Below, piece by piece: positions 14,323 to 28,987 of a stretch of DNA of 64,000 nucleotides. Origin of the DNA: the human T2T-CHM13v2.0 reference genome, Homo sapiens. Position numbers and translations under genes: made by a program. Under the pieces are notes generated by a model. That model saw only the letters and a program-made list of their open reading frames with translations. It was not told where the DNA came from and did no database searches. The stretch lies in assembly GCF_009914755.1 (NCBI RefSeq), contig NC_060926.1. The stretch is one strand, 5' to 3'. Every line of letters starts with the position of its first letter. The first letter of the stretch is position 1.

Positions 14323-14439
14323 CTTGCTCCCTGTGAGCTGTGCAAGGTGAGGTTTCAGGTCTTCTCCGATTACGGAATAAATTGCCACTAAGCAAAACAC
14401 GCTGGCCTTACGCACACTACTTTCGGTGTTGTCATAACC
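14323..14439 (-). CDS. CLASP1: CLASP1 penultimate exon (117 nt, phase 0-0): GYDNTESSVRKASVFCLVAIYSVIGEDLKPHLAQLTGSK
   Basis: Acceptor TCTCTAG|GGT, donor AAG|GTATGT. Confidence 0.96.
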
Positions 14440-15796
14440 CTAGAGAGCCAGAAGGGAACACGAAAAGGAAACCAGATCAAAGATTCATTCCATAGCCAAC
14501 ATCTCATCAACGTTTCCACAAATGCCCTCAGAGTTCAACCTTGGACTTGTCAGTAACAACCAGGATAGACCTCAGCCCCGCAATGGAATCCAGACAGCTT
14601 TCACCCCAAAGTGGTCACAACTTAGCATCAAGAGAAACTTGGTTTCTGGGGTGCAGAAGCAGGAGGGTGGAGAGTCCCAGACTGGTCTCTGAGTCTGCAC
14701 AGGTATCACCGTGTAACAAGCTGCCACCCAAGAAACATTGTAGAGGAGAGAGAATGAGAAAAGGAAATGAAGGGGAAAGAGAACTTGGTTTATTCCCATT
14801 TCTCCCAAAGGTAAACCAAATTTCCTTGTGAAAATGCCTTTAAAGAAATGAGAACATCATCACTCGCTCTTGTGAGCAAAACCCCTCTACCCTCCAGAGA
14901 TTGCTGGGGAACGTCTGGTCCCACAGCCTGATGTCCGTGTCCCTTTGAGCTGGGCCTCCATCTATCTGTCGGCCTCATCCTGGCCCACACCCAGCTGGGG
15001 CTACCTGCTGCTGTTCTCCAAACAGCCTGGGACTCTTCAGTCTCTGTGCCTTTCCCTTTGTTTGGAATAATCTAGTCCTCAACAATTAAGTGTTTAGTCC
15101 CCAAGCCAAGTGCCCAGCAAACAGCAGCATTGATTAAATGTGATGCTAACTCCTCTCTACCTTTCCCCAGTGAAACTCCCTCGCCAAGGGCCAACTTGAA
15201 ACCACCTCTTCTATGAACCCTCTCTCCCCCACCCCCCACCCCAACCTGGAAACCCCTTCTCTACTGTCATGTAGCCCATGGTGACACCTGTCATTGTCTG
15301 TGTGGCTGCAGAGTAGGCTGAAAATCCTCTGAGGCAGTCCACACAGTGGAACGCAGCTGCTTTATGCCAGTCTGTCTCACTTACTGTCTCATGCTTAGAA
15401 GAGTTTCAGTAAGTATTTGTGTGCTGCATGAGACCAAGGACCATGGTTTGATTTACACTCCATGGTCCACCTCGCCCAGGGCTGGGGCTACAGCAGGTGT
15501 GCAATAAGGGTTTGTTGAAAGAATGGACAAAAAAATGATCAAAGTATGTTTATAGTAAACAGAAAGTTCATTCTGTGAGCTGCCAGGAAAGCATTCTTAG
15601 TGCATTCAGGAGAGGGGGTGAGCTGGAAGCCGACAGAGGAGGCTGTGAAGTGTCCCTGCCACACGGCCTCACAGGTCCTGCCTGGTTTTTCCTACCCGTC
15701 CCTGCCAGTGAAGGAGGAGCACAAAGCCCTTACATTACTTCAAGTTAGGCAACCCCACACAGGCCGGGGGCAGGCCCCACCAACACGAGGGCCTAC

Positions 15797-16003
15797 CTGC
15801 AGCAAGCCTGGGATGATGTCGACAAGGAGCTGCAGCAATGACTCCTTTGCGATCCTCTCGACGACTTTGGTCTGCATCTTGATGGCAGCAAGGTTGATGG
15901 GGTAGTCGGCCGTCTGGATGATGGGGCAGAGCACCTTGATGCACTGCTCCGGGTGGATGGAACTGGCCAGTGTGGACGCAGCCTCCTCAGCCGCTCTCAC
16001 CAC
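15797..16003 (-). CDS. CLASP1: CLASP1 coding exon (207 nt, phase 0-0): VVRAAEEAASTLASSIHPEQCIKVLCPIIQTADYPINLAAIKMQTKVVERIAKESLLQLLVDIIPGLLQ
   Basis: Acceptor TTTCAG|GTG, donor CAG|GTAGGC; inside ORF 15740..16063. Confidence 0.96.
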
Positions 16004-16243
16004 CTGAAACACCCAGTTCCCCCAAAGAGTGAGCTCCACATGCCACATGAAGCGAAAGACCAAACATCACTTTTGATTTCAGAGGCCAAAGGACAATGAC
16101 CTCAATGTCAGACGGCAGCCATTGCTTCGCCTGGCTCAATTGTTAAACACAGAGTGGTCTGCAGGGTGATTTTAAAGGGGAGCGTGGGCCACGGAAAGGC
16201 AGGTCTAGGGGATTCTAGGAAAAACCTTAGAAAAGTGGTACTC

Positions 16244-16745
<502 letters not shown>

Positions 16746-18193
16746 CTAGAAGACTAGGACCTGAATACAGAAATGCTTCCCAATGGCTTGTGGGACACCT
16801 ACAACTGGAGCATCTGCAAAGAAGCCTGGAGGAAATCAGAGTGACTTCAATGCTGGCACTTCCTGGAAGAGGCCCACCTGCCAGGCAGTTGAGGCAGTTG
16901 GGAAGGCACAGAGAGAAGCCCCTGAAAGGGTTTTCCTGAGGAATCTCTTCTGGAAAGTTGCTTTTCTAGGACTCTGTGCTCACGATGACCCCTTTGCCTT
17001 CCATTTTTAGGGAGGTACATGAAATGGCCATCTCATGGTCAAAGGAGCAGCCTCTGACCTCTGGAGGGCCACAAGACCCTTTTGTAATAAAGATGGAAGC
17101 AAAATGCAAAACCCAATGAGCAAGAAAGAGGACAGCAGAAGGCCTGGTGGAAAGAGCCTCGGCCTTGGGCTCAGGGAGCAGGTCCCAGTCATGCTAGTCC
17201 CAAATGCTAAAACTCCATGTCCTCATCTGTAAAACAGGGACGTCACAGAGATAAATGGTGAGCAGTACTCAAGATATAGTCAGTAAAGGATGCTTACTAC
17301 TACCAATGGCACAGAGTACACATTATATAAATGACAGATAAAGACAGGCACCAGGCTATACGCACATGGATTTTCTTACAAAGTACAACAGAACTCGAAT
17401 ACTTTTTGCCTACTGCCAGCCCTGACTGGGCTAGTCATTCCATCCAGATTCCTTTTTGCATTATGTTCTGTTACTCAAAATAACTCAGCTCTAACTTCAT
17501 ACAACAAAAAGGTGAAGACTACCAGCCCACAGCTTCAGTCATCCCAGCCCTTGTGAGTGAAGCAAGACAGGCCCATGGAAACAGCATATGGATCATCTGG
17601 AAAGCTGCTTCTAGTTATGGGCATGAAGTGGGTGAAGAAGTCTGTACAAGTCAGGGAGTGTGGGAAATGGACAGGAGGCCCACAGAGAGGCCACCTGAGC
17701 TGTGTAGCAGACAGGCCCAGGGCTGGGCTCAGAGGCCATATAAACTGCTTGGGGTCACTTTGGGGCCCTCACTGAGGCTCTCCTGGGGCTCTGGGAAGAG
17801 ACTGTGGCTCCAGAAGACGCTCGGCTTCACCTTCAGCCCAGGGCTACACTGTCCCATGAACAGGGCTCACTTCAGGGAGTGTGCATGAGTCCATGTGTCA
17901 GCTCTGCTCTGTGGAATGGTAAAGGGAAATTTTTCCAACACTAGACAGCTGAGTTCATCTCATTAACAATGGACACGTTTGGGGCCAGCCGTGCTGCTGT
18001 TAGTGGGTTTTTCACTATGAAGCCCCATATGAGCTTTGGCTACTCACACCCACTACCTGGCACTTACCACTACAAAACACCTGGAAGAAAGTGCATCAAG
18101 GGTTAACGCTCTTTCTCTCAGGGCGGTAAGATAATGGATAACTTTGTTTTCCTCTTCATACTTTTTAGATAGATAGAAAAATTGCAATGAACA

Positions 18194-18232
18194 TTAGGCT
18201 GGTGCAAAATTAGTTGCAGTTTTTACCATTAC
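18194..18232 (+). mobile_element. MADE1 (mariner MITE) half element
   Basis: TTAGGCTGGTGCAAAATTAGTTGCAGTTTTTACCATTAC resembles the MADE1 TIR. Confidence 0.65.
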
Positions 18233-19944
18233 AATATAACCTTTGTAGCAAGGAAAATGTATTCCAGAAAATCTACTTGAACTGTCTGAGGCCAGGGAAA
18301 ACTGGCAGCCCAGCCCTGGCTCAGGGTGGAAGGTGGCAGGGCAGTGCACTTGAGGAGCAGGCCGCACCTCATTCGTCTTCCTGAAGGGAACCCCACCCCA
18401 GCATACGGGAGGTGCTCCGTGGTACAGCCAGCGCCATCATCATGACTGTTCCTGCTGACCTCCCACTCTCCATAAAGCCCTTCTGCTGAACTACAAAACT
18501 CACTGTCCCTCAGATGTGGCTGACACACACGTCCCAGCCCCTGCCCAGGCCTCCCTATCAGACCAGTGACACTTTTCCCCCAACTTCTGTTCCTCTGTCT
18601 GTGACATTCACATGGCACCATATGTAGACGGCTTTGTATTTCTGGTGGCATTTCCATGTGTGTTTCTTCTTATCAAACATCCAGGAACTGAAACATTTCT
18701 GTTGTACCTAAGTACCCACTAAGCTGGGCATTTACCAGGAGCTTAGTACTTACTGAGGGACTGAGAATTAATTCTCCTAGCTGTCTGAGAATATGTCCCA
18801 CTTAAAGAAGCCCTACCTCCCTCAAGTCTTTCTTGTTGGAGGTCTTTTGTACTTTCCCTGGGAGGACCCGCTAACTCCTTGCAGCCCTGAGTAAAGGCTA
18901 GGAGTTTCATGAAATAAGATCACCACATCCATCACCACGTAGCCGGCACCCTGGAGTGAACACACTGCAGCCACCTCTGGGGCCTACACTGGGATTATGG
19001 ATGAATCCCTGGTGGAGCTCCGGATCAGCATGGCTTAAGGGTAAGTACTGTGTACAGGTCAGAACACCCAAGATTCGCCTGTGCTCACTATGTATGTGAA
19101 GGTCAGGCTCGAGGACGAAGCACTGTAGAGAGGCAATTTTATTTTAAAAGTCATGTCCAACTCTCAAGCACCTCGTAAGATTCTTTCCTCTCATTTGTGC
19201 TCTGTGTGTACGTTTGTTCACCCAGCACTGACCAGGTGCCTCCTGTGTGTCAGAGACTGAGCTCAAAGCTCAGGCCACAGAGCTGAGAAGGACCGGGCCA
19301 CCCATGCTCTGGTGGTTGAGGGCAGAGTGAGGGTAGTCTGTGCAGAGGGCCAGCATGAGGGTGTGGAGACCCAGGAAGGAGCCAGATGGCAGGGACCTGC
19401 TACCTGATGCACTTCTTGTGGGTGGCCAGGATTAGATGGGAGGAGGAAGGAGCATGGATATGTGCAGAAGGCTTCTTTGGTGTTCTGCGGGCCTTCCTCC
19501 AGCTCAAGGGCCCTCGGCCATGCACAGCCGGCCTGCCCTGCCTCTGCCTCGTCCGGGCACCTCAGTGAGCAGGCCTTCCCCTTGCCAGCCAAAGCGTCGG
19601 ACTCAACATGGACGGCATTGACTCCATGCATGCCACCAATGTACAGGAAGGAGCCTATTTGAAGGAAGCCCACTGTGATTTCTTTTTCTTGCCAATTCAA
19701 ACTCCTGCCAAAGGTAGCTCTTTCCACACAGGTCACCTGAAAGCAGAGTGCTGTTTAGACCCTGGTGTGTACGTGTGGCCTTTCACTTTTTTACCCCGAC
19801 AAAGGCAGCCTCCAGAGTTAGATGAGCATATTCTCAGCCTCTGAGAGAAGCACAGGAGACAAACCTTAGTTGAATCCTCTGGCAAAAAACTTCCTTGGTC
19901 TAAGCTTCCATTTTTTAATAAAAACTCCTAAAATGAGGATTTTA

Positions 19945-20232
19945 TTTTTAATTTTTTGAGACAGAGTCTCACTCTATCATTCAGGCTGGAGTGCAATAGA
20001 GTCATCTGGGCTCACTGCAACCTCTGCTTCTGGGTTCAAGCGATTCTCATGCCTCAGCCTCCCAAGTAGCTGGGATTACAGGTGCGTGCCACCACACCCA
20101 GCTAATTTTTGTATTTTTAGTAGAGACGGGGTTTCACCACGTTGACCAGGCTGGTCTCAAACTCCTGGCCTCAAGTGATCCACCCACCTCAGCCTCCAAA
20201 GTGCTGGGATTACAGAGCCACTGCGACCAGCC
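19945..20232 (-). mobile_element. AluS with TSD TAAAATGAGGATTTTA
   Basis: Antisense Alu; flank duplicated at 19929-19944 and 20233-20248. Confidence 0.93.
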
Positions 20233-20327
20233 TAAAATGAGGATTTTAAAGTATCTACTTTCACAGTTATCTGAATTGAGACAAGATGTAAACCAGCTTG
20301 GTATATTTTAGCTACAAAACACATGAT

Positions 20328-20465
20328 GGCTAAGCCATACATGGAGGCTCACACCTGTAACCCCAGCTACTTGGAAGGCTGTGCTGGGTGGATCACTTGA
20401 GCCCAGGAATTTGAGACCAGCCCGGGCAACATGGAGAAACCCCATCTCAAACAAAAACAAAACAC
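20328..20465 (+). mobile_element. Alu monomer (FLAM-like)
   Basis: Left-arm motif followed by A-rich tail. Confidence 0.8.
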
Positions 20466-20899
20466 AAGCTAGGTGTTGGTGGAGGAATGACACCAGAGTG
20501 GAGCTCAGCAGCAGAGGCACCACCAGAAGGCACAGCAGCTGAGCCGGGAGCTCCCAAGTTGCTGGGGATCGGGGGTGAAGGGGGCAGAGCTTTGTGACCC
20601 CGAGACTCCACAGAGGCCCAGTCATCACACTGAATGTTCTAAGAATGGGTAACACTGGTAAGCCAGCTCCTTCCCTGGGGTCCAGTGCCAACATCATGAT
20701 GGGTATGCCCTCTCCAATGACCTCTAAGATGCCTGAGGTTCCTCAGCAAGGCCTAGCTCCTTCCTGCCTGTGTGGTGCTTCCTCTCCCTGCCCACACCCT
20801 GCCCAGCCACATCTCTATGCCCCTGGCCAAGTCATCCTGAGGACTTACTGCAACACAACTCCCAGGAAGCCTCACCATGTGTATGCTTTATTTTATCAC

Positions 20900-21045
20900 T
20901 GCAGGTAAATATTTTGCTGAAATTGTCCCTCCCACTAGACTAAAAGTTCCTTGAAGGCAAGATCCCATCTTAGCTATCTTTCTATTCCCATGACTGGCAC
21001 AATGTCCAGTATACGCCAGGTGCTCAATAAATAGCTGTTGAACTA
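20900..21045 (+). mobile_element. L2 3' end
   Basis: CTTGAAGGCAAG...GGTGCTCAATAAATAGCTGTTGAA. Confidence 0.7.
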
Positions 21046-21056
21046 ATTTCCCCATA

Positions 21057-21364
<308 letters not shown>

Positions 21365-22433
21365 AGCGTACATATTTTTAATGCTCATGACTCACAAAGT
21401 CACATCTGGAGCATGCCACATTGACTTGGATTTACATTTTTCCTAAGGAGCTAGCACAGAAAACTAGGAGCATGGCAGGTTATCTACAAATGATCAACTT
21501 GGGCTGTAGAAAAATCTACTGTACCAGGCCCAGAGAGTCCCATTCCAGGTGACACACTGGAAAAGCAACAGACTAGTTCTTTGGAAAAGAGACTTCAGCT
21601 CAGGTTTTTCCAGTCACCAATTGTCTGAGGAGGACCGGCATGTTTCTTGGAAGAGCTCTGTCAGGTAATGGGTTACCTCAGACGGGGCGCTTTTCTTCCT
21701 CCTCCATTTGTGCAGGTCTCAGAGTCTGTGTGTGTTTGGGAAAGCCAAGCACGTGGCTGTGTACCTATGTGGCTGAGTTACACACAGCTGAGTGGATGGT
21801 GAAAAGTGGAAGGAGACAGTCCCTCTCTTATCTAATCTGGCCTAGCAATGAAACCATGCTCAGAAACTGCTGGCTTTCTAGTGCAAGAAATTACTGCCCA
21901 AGTATCATAACACACCAGCCTGAAAGCTAAGGAACTTTTAGGCCTCTGTTTTCAAAACCTGGAGAAAGAAACAAAAGGTCAGAAAACACCGGATTCTGTA
22001 GCGTATCAAAATTAGAAAGCACTGATGCACAGGAGTCAATATCTGAGGTCCCCTGGGAGGTGGGAAGCAGCTCAGTGGGTGGAAAGAACACGGCTCTGGA
22101 GACAGGATTCAAGAGTCAGCAGCATTGCTTTCCAGGCTTGACAGGAGCAAGCTAAGGCCTCCTGGTGCTCTTCGGGGTTGCAACGAGGATTAGTGAGGCC
22201 AGGTAACTGATTGCCGGGTTCGTGGTGAGAACTCGTGGTTTTCCTTCTCTCCTCCCCATCTCCTGCACTCTATTGCCCTTCAGGTTAAAGTGAATTATCC
22301 TACAGAGAGCTGCTGGGAAAAAAGGCTGTTTCAGATCTGCTGAGCTGAAACCCAAACCCAAGGAGCCCTTCATCTTACAAAAATCCAGGAATTCTGGATG
22401 TGGCCTGCATGAAGCATTTGGTGAAATGTATCT

Positions 22434-22726
<293 letters not shown>

Positions 22727-23536
22727 TAATGTGGATGAGGGCTTTGGTTCTAAAATGTCTGAAAATAAAATGTCAGAAGCTGCACATTAAGATGGGTAGT
22801 TTGAGGCCCTCTTTTTCACTGGGGTTAGAGAAAGTTTCCCAAGACAGACGCTGGTTTTGGCAAGGGAGGTAGGTGTTCTCAACTTCCCTCTATATGCCAA
22901 ACCCCTGGCTTTGGCAAGCTGCCTGAATCAGGGTGAACTTCAGGTTTTGCCCCTGTGTTCTATGTAACATAAGAAGCAAAGATTATAAATGTAAGCAAAC
23001 AGAGAGCAAAAGTCAACATGGGCAGCAGAAACAAAGGAAGACAACACCACTTAGTACACAAGGTGGCCAGAAGTGGCAAGGATTTAGAAAGGGGTGAGGG
23101 ACTATTCAAAGAGGACAGGATCAAAAAGACTTCTGGGTTATAATCTGCCTTGAAGTCATCAAAAACTATTCCAATTCTGCTACAGTCTCATTAGAAACAC
23201 AGCACTCCTTCACCTTTCAAAGTCAGTGAAGTAATAGTGTCTAGCTAAGAAAAGCGTAATTTTCACATCTAGCTTTTTAAAATTGGATCATTACTCAGAA
23301 TACTGGTGAATGTTTGCTTAAAGGTTTCTTTTAGCACAAAGTTTTCAAAATTTGGATTGCATGTTTTTTAGGTTCACAAGGTTTGATCTGGCTCTGTCAC
23401 AGACACACCAGAATAACTGGTTGAGTCAAAAAAAAAAAGCAAAGGTCCAGGAACAACAGTGGCTGGAATCAAAGAACTCTTCATAGCAGCGTCTTGAGCT
23501 TAGCTACTCAATCGTGTGGAAGCTAAGGAAGAGTTT

Positions 23537-23551
23537 AGCGCCACCTTCTGG
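23537..23551 (-). promoter_or_regulatory. Candidate CTCF motif CCAGAAGGTGGCGCT
   Basis: Close match to CTCF core CCASYAGRKGGCRS; motif only. Confidence 0.5.
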
Positions 23552-23754
23552 GAAAGGCCAGAAAGACCTTAAAAAATTGGATTGACCCTGAGTTTAAGTA
23601 TCCACCAGTAGACTGGGGAAAAACGACCAATGCCCCAGATTGGCACTGACATGGTCCTGGGATTTACAACGGAGTGCCAGCATGGCCCTGAACCTGGGAC
23701 GAGAGTCCTCACTTAGCTAGGCTCAGTACCAGAGGGAGGGGAGAAGAAAAGTTC

Positions 23755-23880
23755 CAGGCTATAAGTCTGGAGACCTGAGTTTTGGCTCTGGTTCTGGCAT
23801 CAACTAGCCAAGCGAGCTTGGGGTAAATTTCTTCACTTTCTATGCCTCGGTTTTCCTCATCAGTAAAACGAAAGGGAGAA
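23755..23880 (+). mobile_element. MIR
   Basis: GAGACCTGAGTT...CTTCACTTTCTATGCCTCGGTTTTCCTCATCAGTAAAA. Confidence 0.7.
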
Positions 23881-26800
23881 TCTGAATCAATTATTTTAAA
23901 AGTATTTCAGATTATAAAATCTTATCATCCAACTCTACCTGATGAGTCTTTTCCCCTGAAAAATGTGCATGCACAAAATTCCAGGAAGCTTTGAAGATCT
24001 TGAGAAGTAGTGTCTGTATGAAATGACCTCTAACAAGACAGTCATCACATCCTTGCCTGGAAAAGGAGATTCAGGGCAACACAATGGATATCTTCAAATG
24101 TGGTCAGGTTCTTAGGTGGGAGATTTATTCTGTTCTACTCTAAGGGGTAGAACTAGGGCCAACAGGGACAAATGATGAGAAGGAGTGGAAAGAGGGGCTG
24201 GGAGCCCAGGAGGTGGTGTGTCCTGCTGTCCTGGAGATGCTGCAGAGGCTGGGCTGGCCTCTCAGGAGGTGCTCAGCATCAGATGGGAAGCTGGGCAGCA
24301 CGTTTAAGGCTTCTCTTTGGCATTCTAATTCCGGTATCCATCTCTAAAAACCCATGGCATTTCCTAGCCTAACGCTGACAATGTACCGGCTACCCCAGCA
24401 CAAATATAGACGGATTCCAAACAAAGCAGTAGTCAAAAAATACAAGTCGTATTTTTGACTGGTGTTTTAGAGTTTACTCAATTGCATTTAATAGCTTCTT
24501 CGGTGTATTTAGAGAAATGCAGTTATATCTGCTTTATGTAGAATTTTAAAAACTTGACAACAATTCTATTCAAAATCAGTCTACTTTCTTCAATGGAAGA
24601 GTATAAAAAGGATACTATCTTCAATTTTCAACAATGTCAACCACCTTACCTCACTTGACTTTAATGCTAGCCTCTCAGCGCAGGGTATAAAACACCTGCC
24701 CCCCACCTCCCACCCAGCATACAAGTGCTTTAGATATCCAGAGTGTCTATGACTTGTCCACAATCACAGCCCCCGAGCTGGCAAAAGCAGCATGTGAACC
24801 CAGGCCTTCAAACCCCAAACTCAAAGGTTTTGACATTAAGTTATGGCTCTTTCTGAAGCTACAAGAACTAAAGGGCAGGTGTCACATCTGGCTCCTTGAG
24901 AGTCAGTTCATCAGCGAGGCAGAACTACTCCCCTACCTATGAATAACAGCAGGAGCAGCCGCCACCACAGCTGCCACTCAGAAATAGACACTGTGCCTGG
25001 CACTTTACAAGCCTGTGAGGTGGGCTATGTTTCTCCACTCGACACAGAGAATATGAGGGCTCACAAAATGGTAAGTCTCCTGCCATCTTGGCTCAGCAGG
25101 GTTCAACCCAGGAGTGTCTTCCAAGCCCATGCCCCCTCCCTTGGCCACATGGCCTTGGCTCCTAGCTAAAGTTCTCTCCCTATGTGCTCCTTTTCAGCCC
25201 ATCTCAGGTTCTAACTCCCTAAGGAACTCTTCCTTGACTATTCTAGCCCACTCCTAAACTCCTGGTGTATTTCACTTTGAACCACACGACTCTGCTTTAA
25301 CCTCAACTAAACCGTAAGGACCTTGAAGACTACAGTACACCACTACCCATCAATCATCAAACATTTATTGGAGTTTGTGCTGTTAGTATGACTGCTGGCT
25401 CAGTAACTTGGAATCTCTCAATGAAGCTAAACAGGTTTTGGGGTTTTGTCTTTTTATTAAAAAGCAAAAACCTACAAAGGAAATGGGGCTTCTGGTCATA
25501 TCCCAAGGTTGGGCCTAGGGAAAACTGAAAATTTAGAATTTGAGGATTTTGGTTTGCTACTCAACAGCAACCTGTATTATCTTGAGGCTGGATGAAACAC
25601 AGATAATCACCTAGTCCACTTGATAGGGTAAGAGATAAGGAAAAACCAAAGTACAGAGGGGTAAAGGCATTTCTCCAGAGTTCATGCAGTATATTATTTC
25701 CCAGTGCCCATTGATACAAATGACTGCTGCCCTGAGAGGCACCTAAGGGCCATTCCTGAGCGCAGGGGGTCTGGCTGAGATGAGGTCAGCTAGTGATTCT
25801 AACTGGTATTTGATCACATATCTTCTCTGGCACACTGGTGCTTCTCTCTGACTATGGCATTTGTCTAAAGGACTGCATGAGATACCATGCTGGCTGGGCG
25901 AATCAGAAACCAGACAAGTTCCCAGGAAGTTCTCTTTCTTTTATAAATAACTTTGGTCTGATTTTGCCATTTTAATTCTTTAAAGTCATAAAATAAAAAG
26001 TTAACTAGAAATGATTTAAAAATAAAACCCCTGAAGACATACTACTGGTGGTTTTATATTTATCTAAGAATCAAACTTCCCAAAACAAGCCAAACCACTT
26101 GAAGCTGGATTCTGGTGCCTTAAACACCACGACCTTTGTGTGTGTAGCAAGAAATGTTTGGTGATCCAGCACAGTGACATGAATGATGCTAATATTTTCC
26201 TCTTTTAACAGACAAGTGTAACTGGATATTCACTAATGTGGCAAAGTTCAGAATAAGCTAAGTCTAATGATCAGAAAACCTCAATTACAGAATATCTTCA
26301 AAAAACAGTTGGGCTTCTTTCAAGTTTAAATAAAACATTTACTGTGAACTTCAACATTATGGGTACTATATGCACATCACACTGACTGGCAGCAACAAAT
26401 ATTCTTGCATTAAGTGTGCATACAATGATTTATAATTAGTATATCAACTATTTCCTGAGAAATGGGCACTTTTGAAATGAATAAGGATGTCTGAGAACAG
26501 TTTTATGTAGCAACATTTGTATAGCATATGACAATTTTAAAAGCATATTTCTATATCATAATATCTTTCATTCTCACAGCAGAGCTGCTTATTCAGGGTT
26601 ATACTAAGATGATGAAACTGGGGACAGCTGGACAACAGCAGACGCAGGACTAAAAACCAGGTTTTCTGCCTCAAGATTTTTATCTCACACTGACCCCAGA
26701 ATCTCTTTGTAGTATCAATTCTCTTATTTAATCCTCTCTTTTTAATCACCAAAGGAGAGGTTCTGTACCAGCTCTAACAAACAGATTACAAATTCTAATA

Positions 26801-28466
26801 TAAGAAGAGTTCAAATTCATGGAGTTCTCTTGGAAACAGAAAATGGGCTCAAAATTTTAAAAGGTCACTCTCAAGGCCTTAGCCCTTTAAGGTATTTGCT
26901 AAATGCCAACTCTACTGCAAACCACGGTAACTTCATTAATGAGGCACTGAAACTCAATAGCAAAATTTATTTACTAAAAAGATAAAGAAGTTAGATAATG
27001 AAAGAGACTTACTCAAATAGGGACTATGAAAACATTATGTCTAAGCTCAGAAACACCAAATTTTAAAATAAAAACTCTAAATTGGTGTCCAAATCCTTCA
27101 TCTATCTTGCTTACTATAGAACATGTATGTTAGCTTTGGATGAATGGTGTCTGAGACAGATTTGGTACTTGGCACATTTTCAATGTGTAAGAAACACATT
27201 CTGCACATATAGCTTCTTTTGAAAGAAACTGACAAAGCAGACGCTTGCTTATATGAGAAAACAAGCCATCTTATCGTCAGTCCTATCTCATCCATCTTCC
27301 CAAACAGCTTTTGTGACAAATTTCAATTTACAGAAATTGTATTTCAAGAAGCTGTCCTTCCTCGCTGCAGTCACATAGTCAGAGCCACAGTGCACATGCT
27401 GGTGTGGTAACGTCACGCTGGCAAGAGAAGGGCAGCTGGTGCCAATATCTCTAAAAGCAGCCCCATGTTAACCTGCCGAGTCTTACGCTCTTCATCTCCT
27501 GCTGAAGCCCAGTTTTTGTCTGGGAATATAAAACCAACTAGCTTCTTATTGAGAACGAAGCTCCAAGAGAGCTAACTTTGGGATAAACAAACTTTGGAAG
27601 TATTAATAAGACAGGAAAATAGACTATGACTTTGTATGACTAATAAAGTAAGTCTAGAAACATTTCAGATCCTTTTCAATAAATGTTTGGAGTCATAAGA
27701 ATTGAATGCAATGATAAGAAAATGGAAGGACTAGAGAACTATTACGTGCCATATTAATATGCCAACAAGATGCCTACAACACAAACTTTATGTGCATCTC
27801 AGCCTTCTGCCCTAAAAAATGGCAAGAAGGAATGGGAAAAGATTGGTTAAAATAAGAGGAAGATAAGAAGAACTTCAAGGGAAAAGAAAAAAAAAAAAAA
27901 AAGGAACGAAAAATGAAAACCCAACCTCAAACCTAAATACACAGGTTCTTGAGTTATTATAGTGGCTCCTGGCAAAGTGACAGAGTAAAGTTTTATAAGG
28001 AAACTCCAAGGGCAATGAGTCAAGGTGAGTCAAACTATGCAAAGCAGGAAGGCCTGCCAATGCAGGCACCGTTCCCAACACATCTCCTCCACCAGCTCTA
28101 CCACAAGTCAGTAACAGCAGCATGGGGACCCTTGAACCCGAGTGCTGCTAAGTTTATTTTAAGCAGGATATATATTCTGCTCTTTTCCCTTGGGCAATTT
28201 AAAGGGCCTCATACCTGAGAATTTTCTCTCCTAAATTTCTAATTTTGCAGAAAAAAAAAAATCTCCCAAGAAAAAAGCAAATAACAAACCAATTACTTAA
28301 TGTTGTTAACTTATACTTCTTAGGACTCAACTTTAGACAGATATCTTCCAACTGGAGAGTCGGTAAGTGCGTGCCAAGACACCATGGACGGCTTGGCATT
28401 TCATTTAAATGCCCGAGTCTAAGTATGTACTGCCCCATGAAAACAACTGATATCATCTCTATGTAA

Positions 28467-28632
28467 AGGTGCAGTGGCTCATGCCCGTAGTCCCAGCTAC
28501 TCAGGGGGCTAAGGCAGGAGGACTGCTTGAACCTGGGAGGTGGAGGTTACAGTGAGCACAGGTTGTGCCACTGCACTCCAGCCTGGGTGACAAAGCAAGA
28601 CCCTGTCTCAAATACAAAGCACAACAAAAAGA
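28467..28632 (+). mobile_element. Alu monomer (FRAM/right-arm-like)
   Basis: TCCCAGCTACTCAGGGGGCT...CCACTGCACTCCAGCC. Confidence 0.85.
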
Positions 28633-28793
28633 ACATCATTTTAATTTCATTTTTTGATCACGTATTCTCATTAAGGAGAAGCAATTATGGTTTAAAAAAG
28701 TTAGCACATGCCATTTGCCCCTTAACGGAGACACAAAACCTAGCTAATGTCTCAGTTCTGCCAGTAACTGCTATGCATACAGTTCCTCTAGGA

Positions 28794-28987
28794 CAAGCTT
28801 GTCCAACCCGTGGCCCAGGATGGTTTTGAATGCAGCCCAACACTAATTCATAAACTTTCTTAAAACATTATGAAAATTTTTTGTGGTTTTTTTTTAGGCT
28901 CATTGGCTATTGTTAGTGCATTTTATGTGTGGCCTAAGACAATTCTTCCAACGCAGCCCAGGGAAGCCAAAAGATGGGACACCCCTG
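28794..28987 (-). mobile_element. MER30 (hAT-Charlie) with exact 8-bp TSD CTCTAGGA
   Basis: Ends CAAGCTTGTCC...GGACACCCCTG; TSD at 28786-28793 and 28988-28995. Confidence 0.9.

Noticed and set aside
24431-24460. Hairpin AGTCAAAAAATAC / GTATTTTTGACT
   Set aside because: Short and AT-rich; compatible with chance
24644-24655. Strong isolated donor GAG|GTAAGG
   Set aside because: No pyrimidine tract or acceptor seen at exon distance
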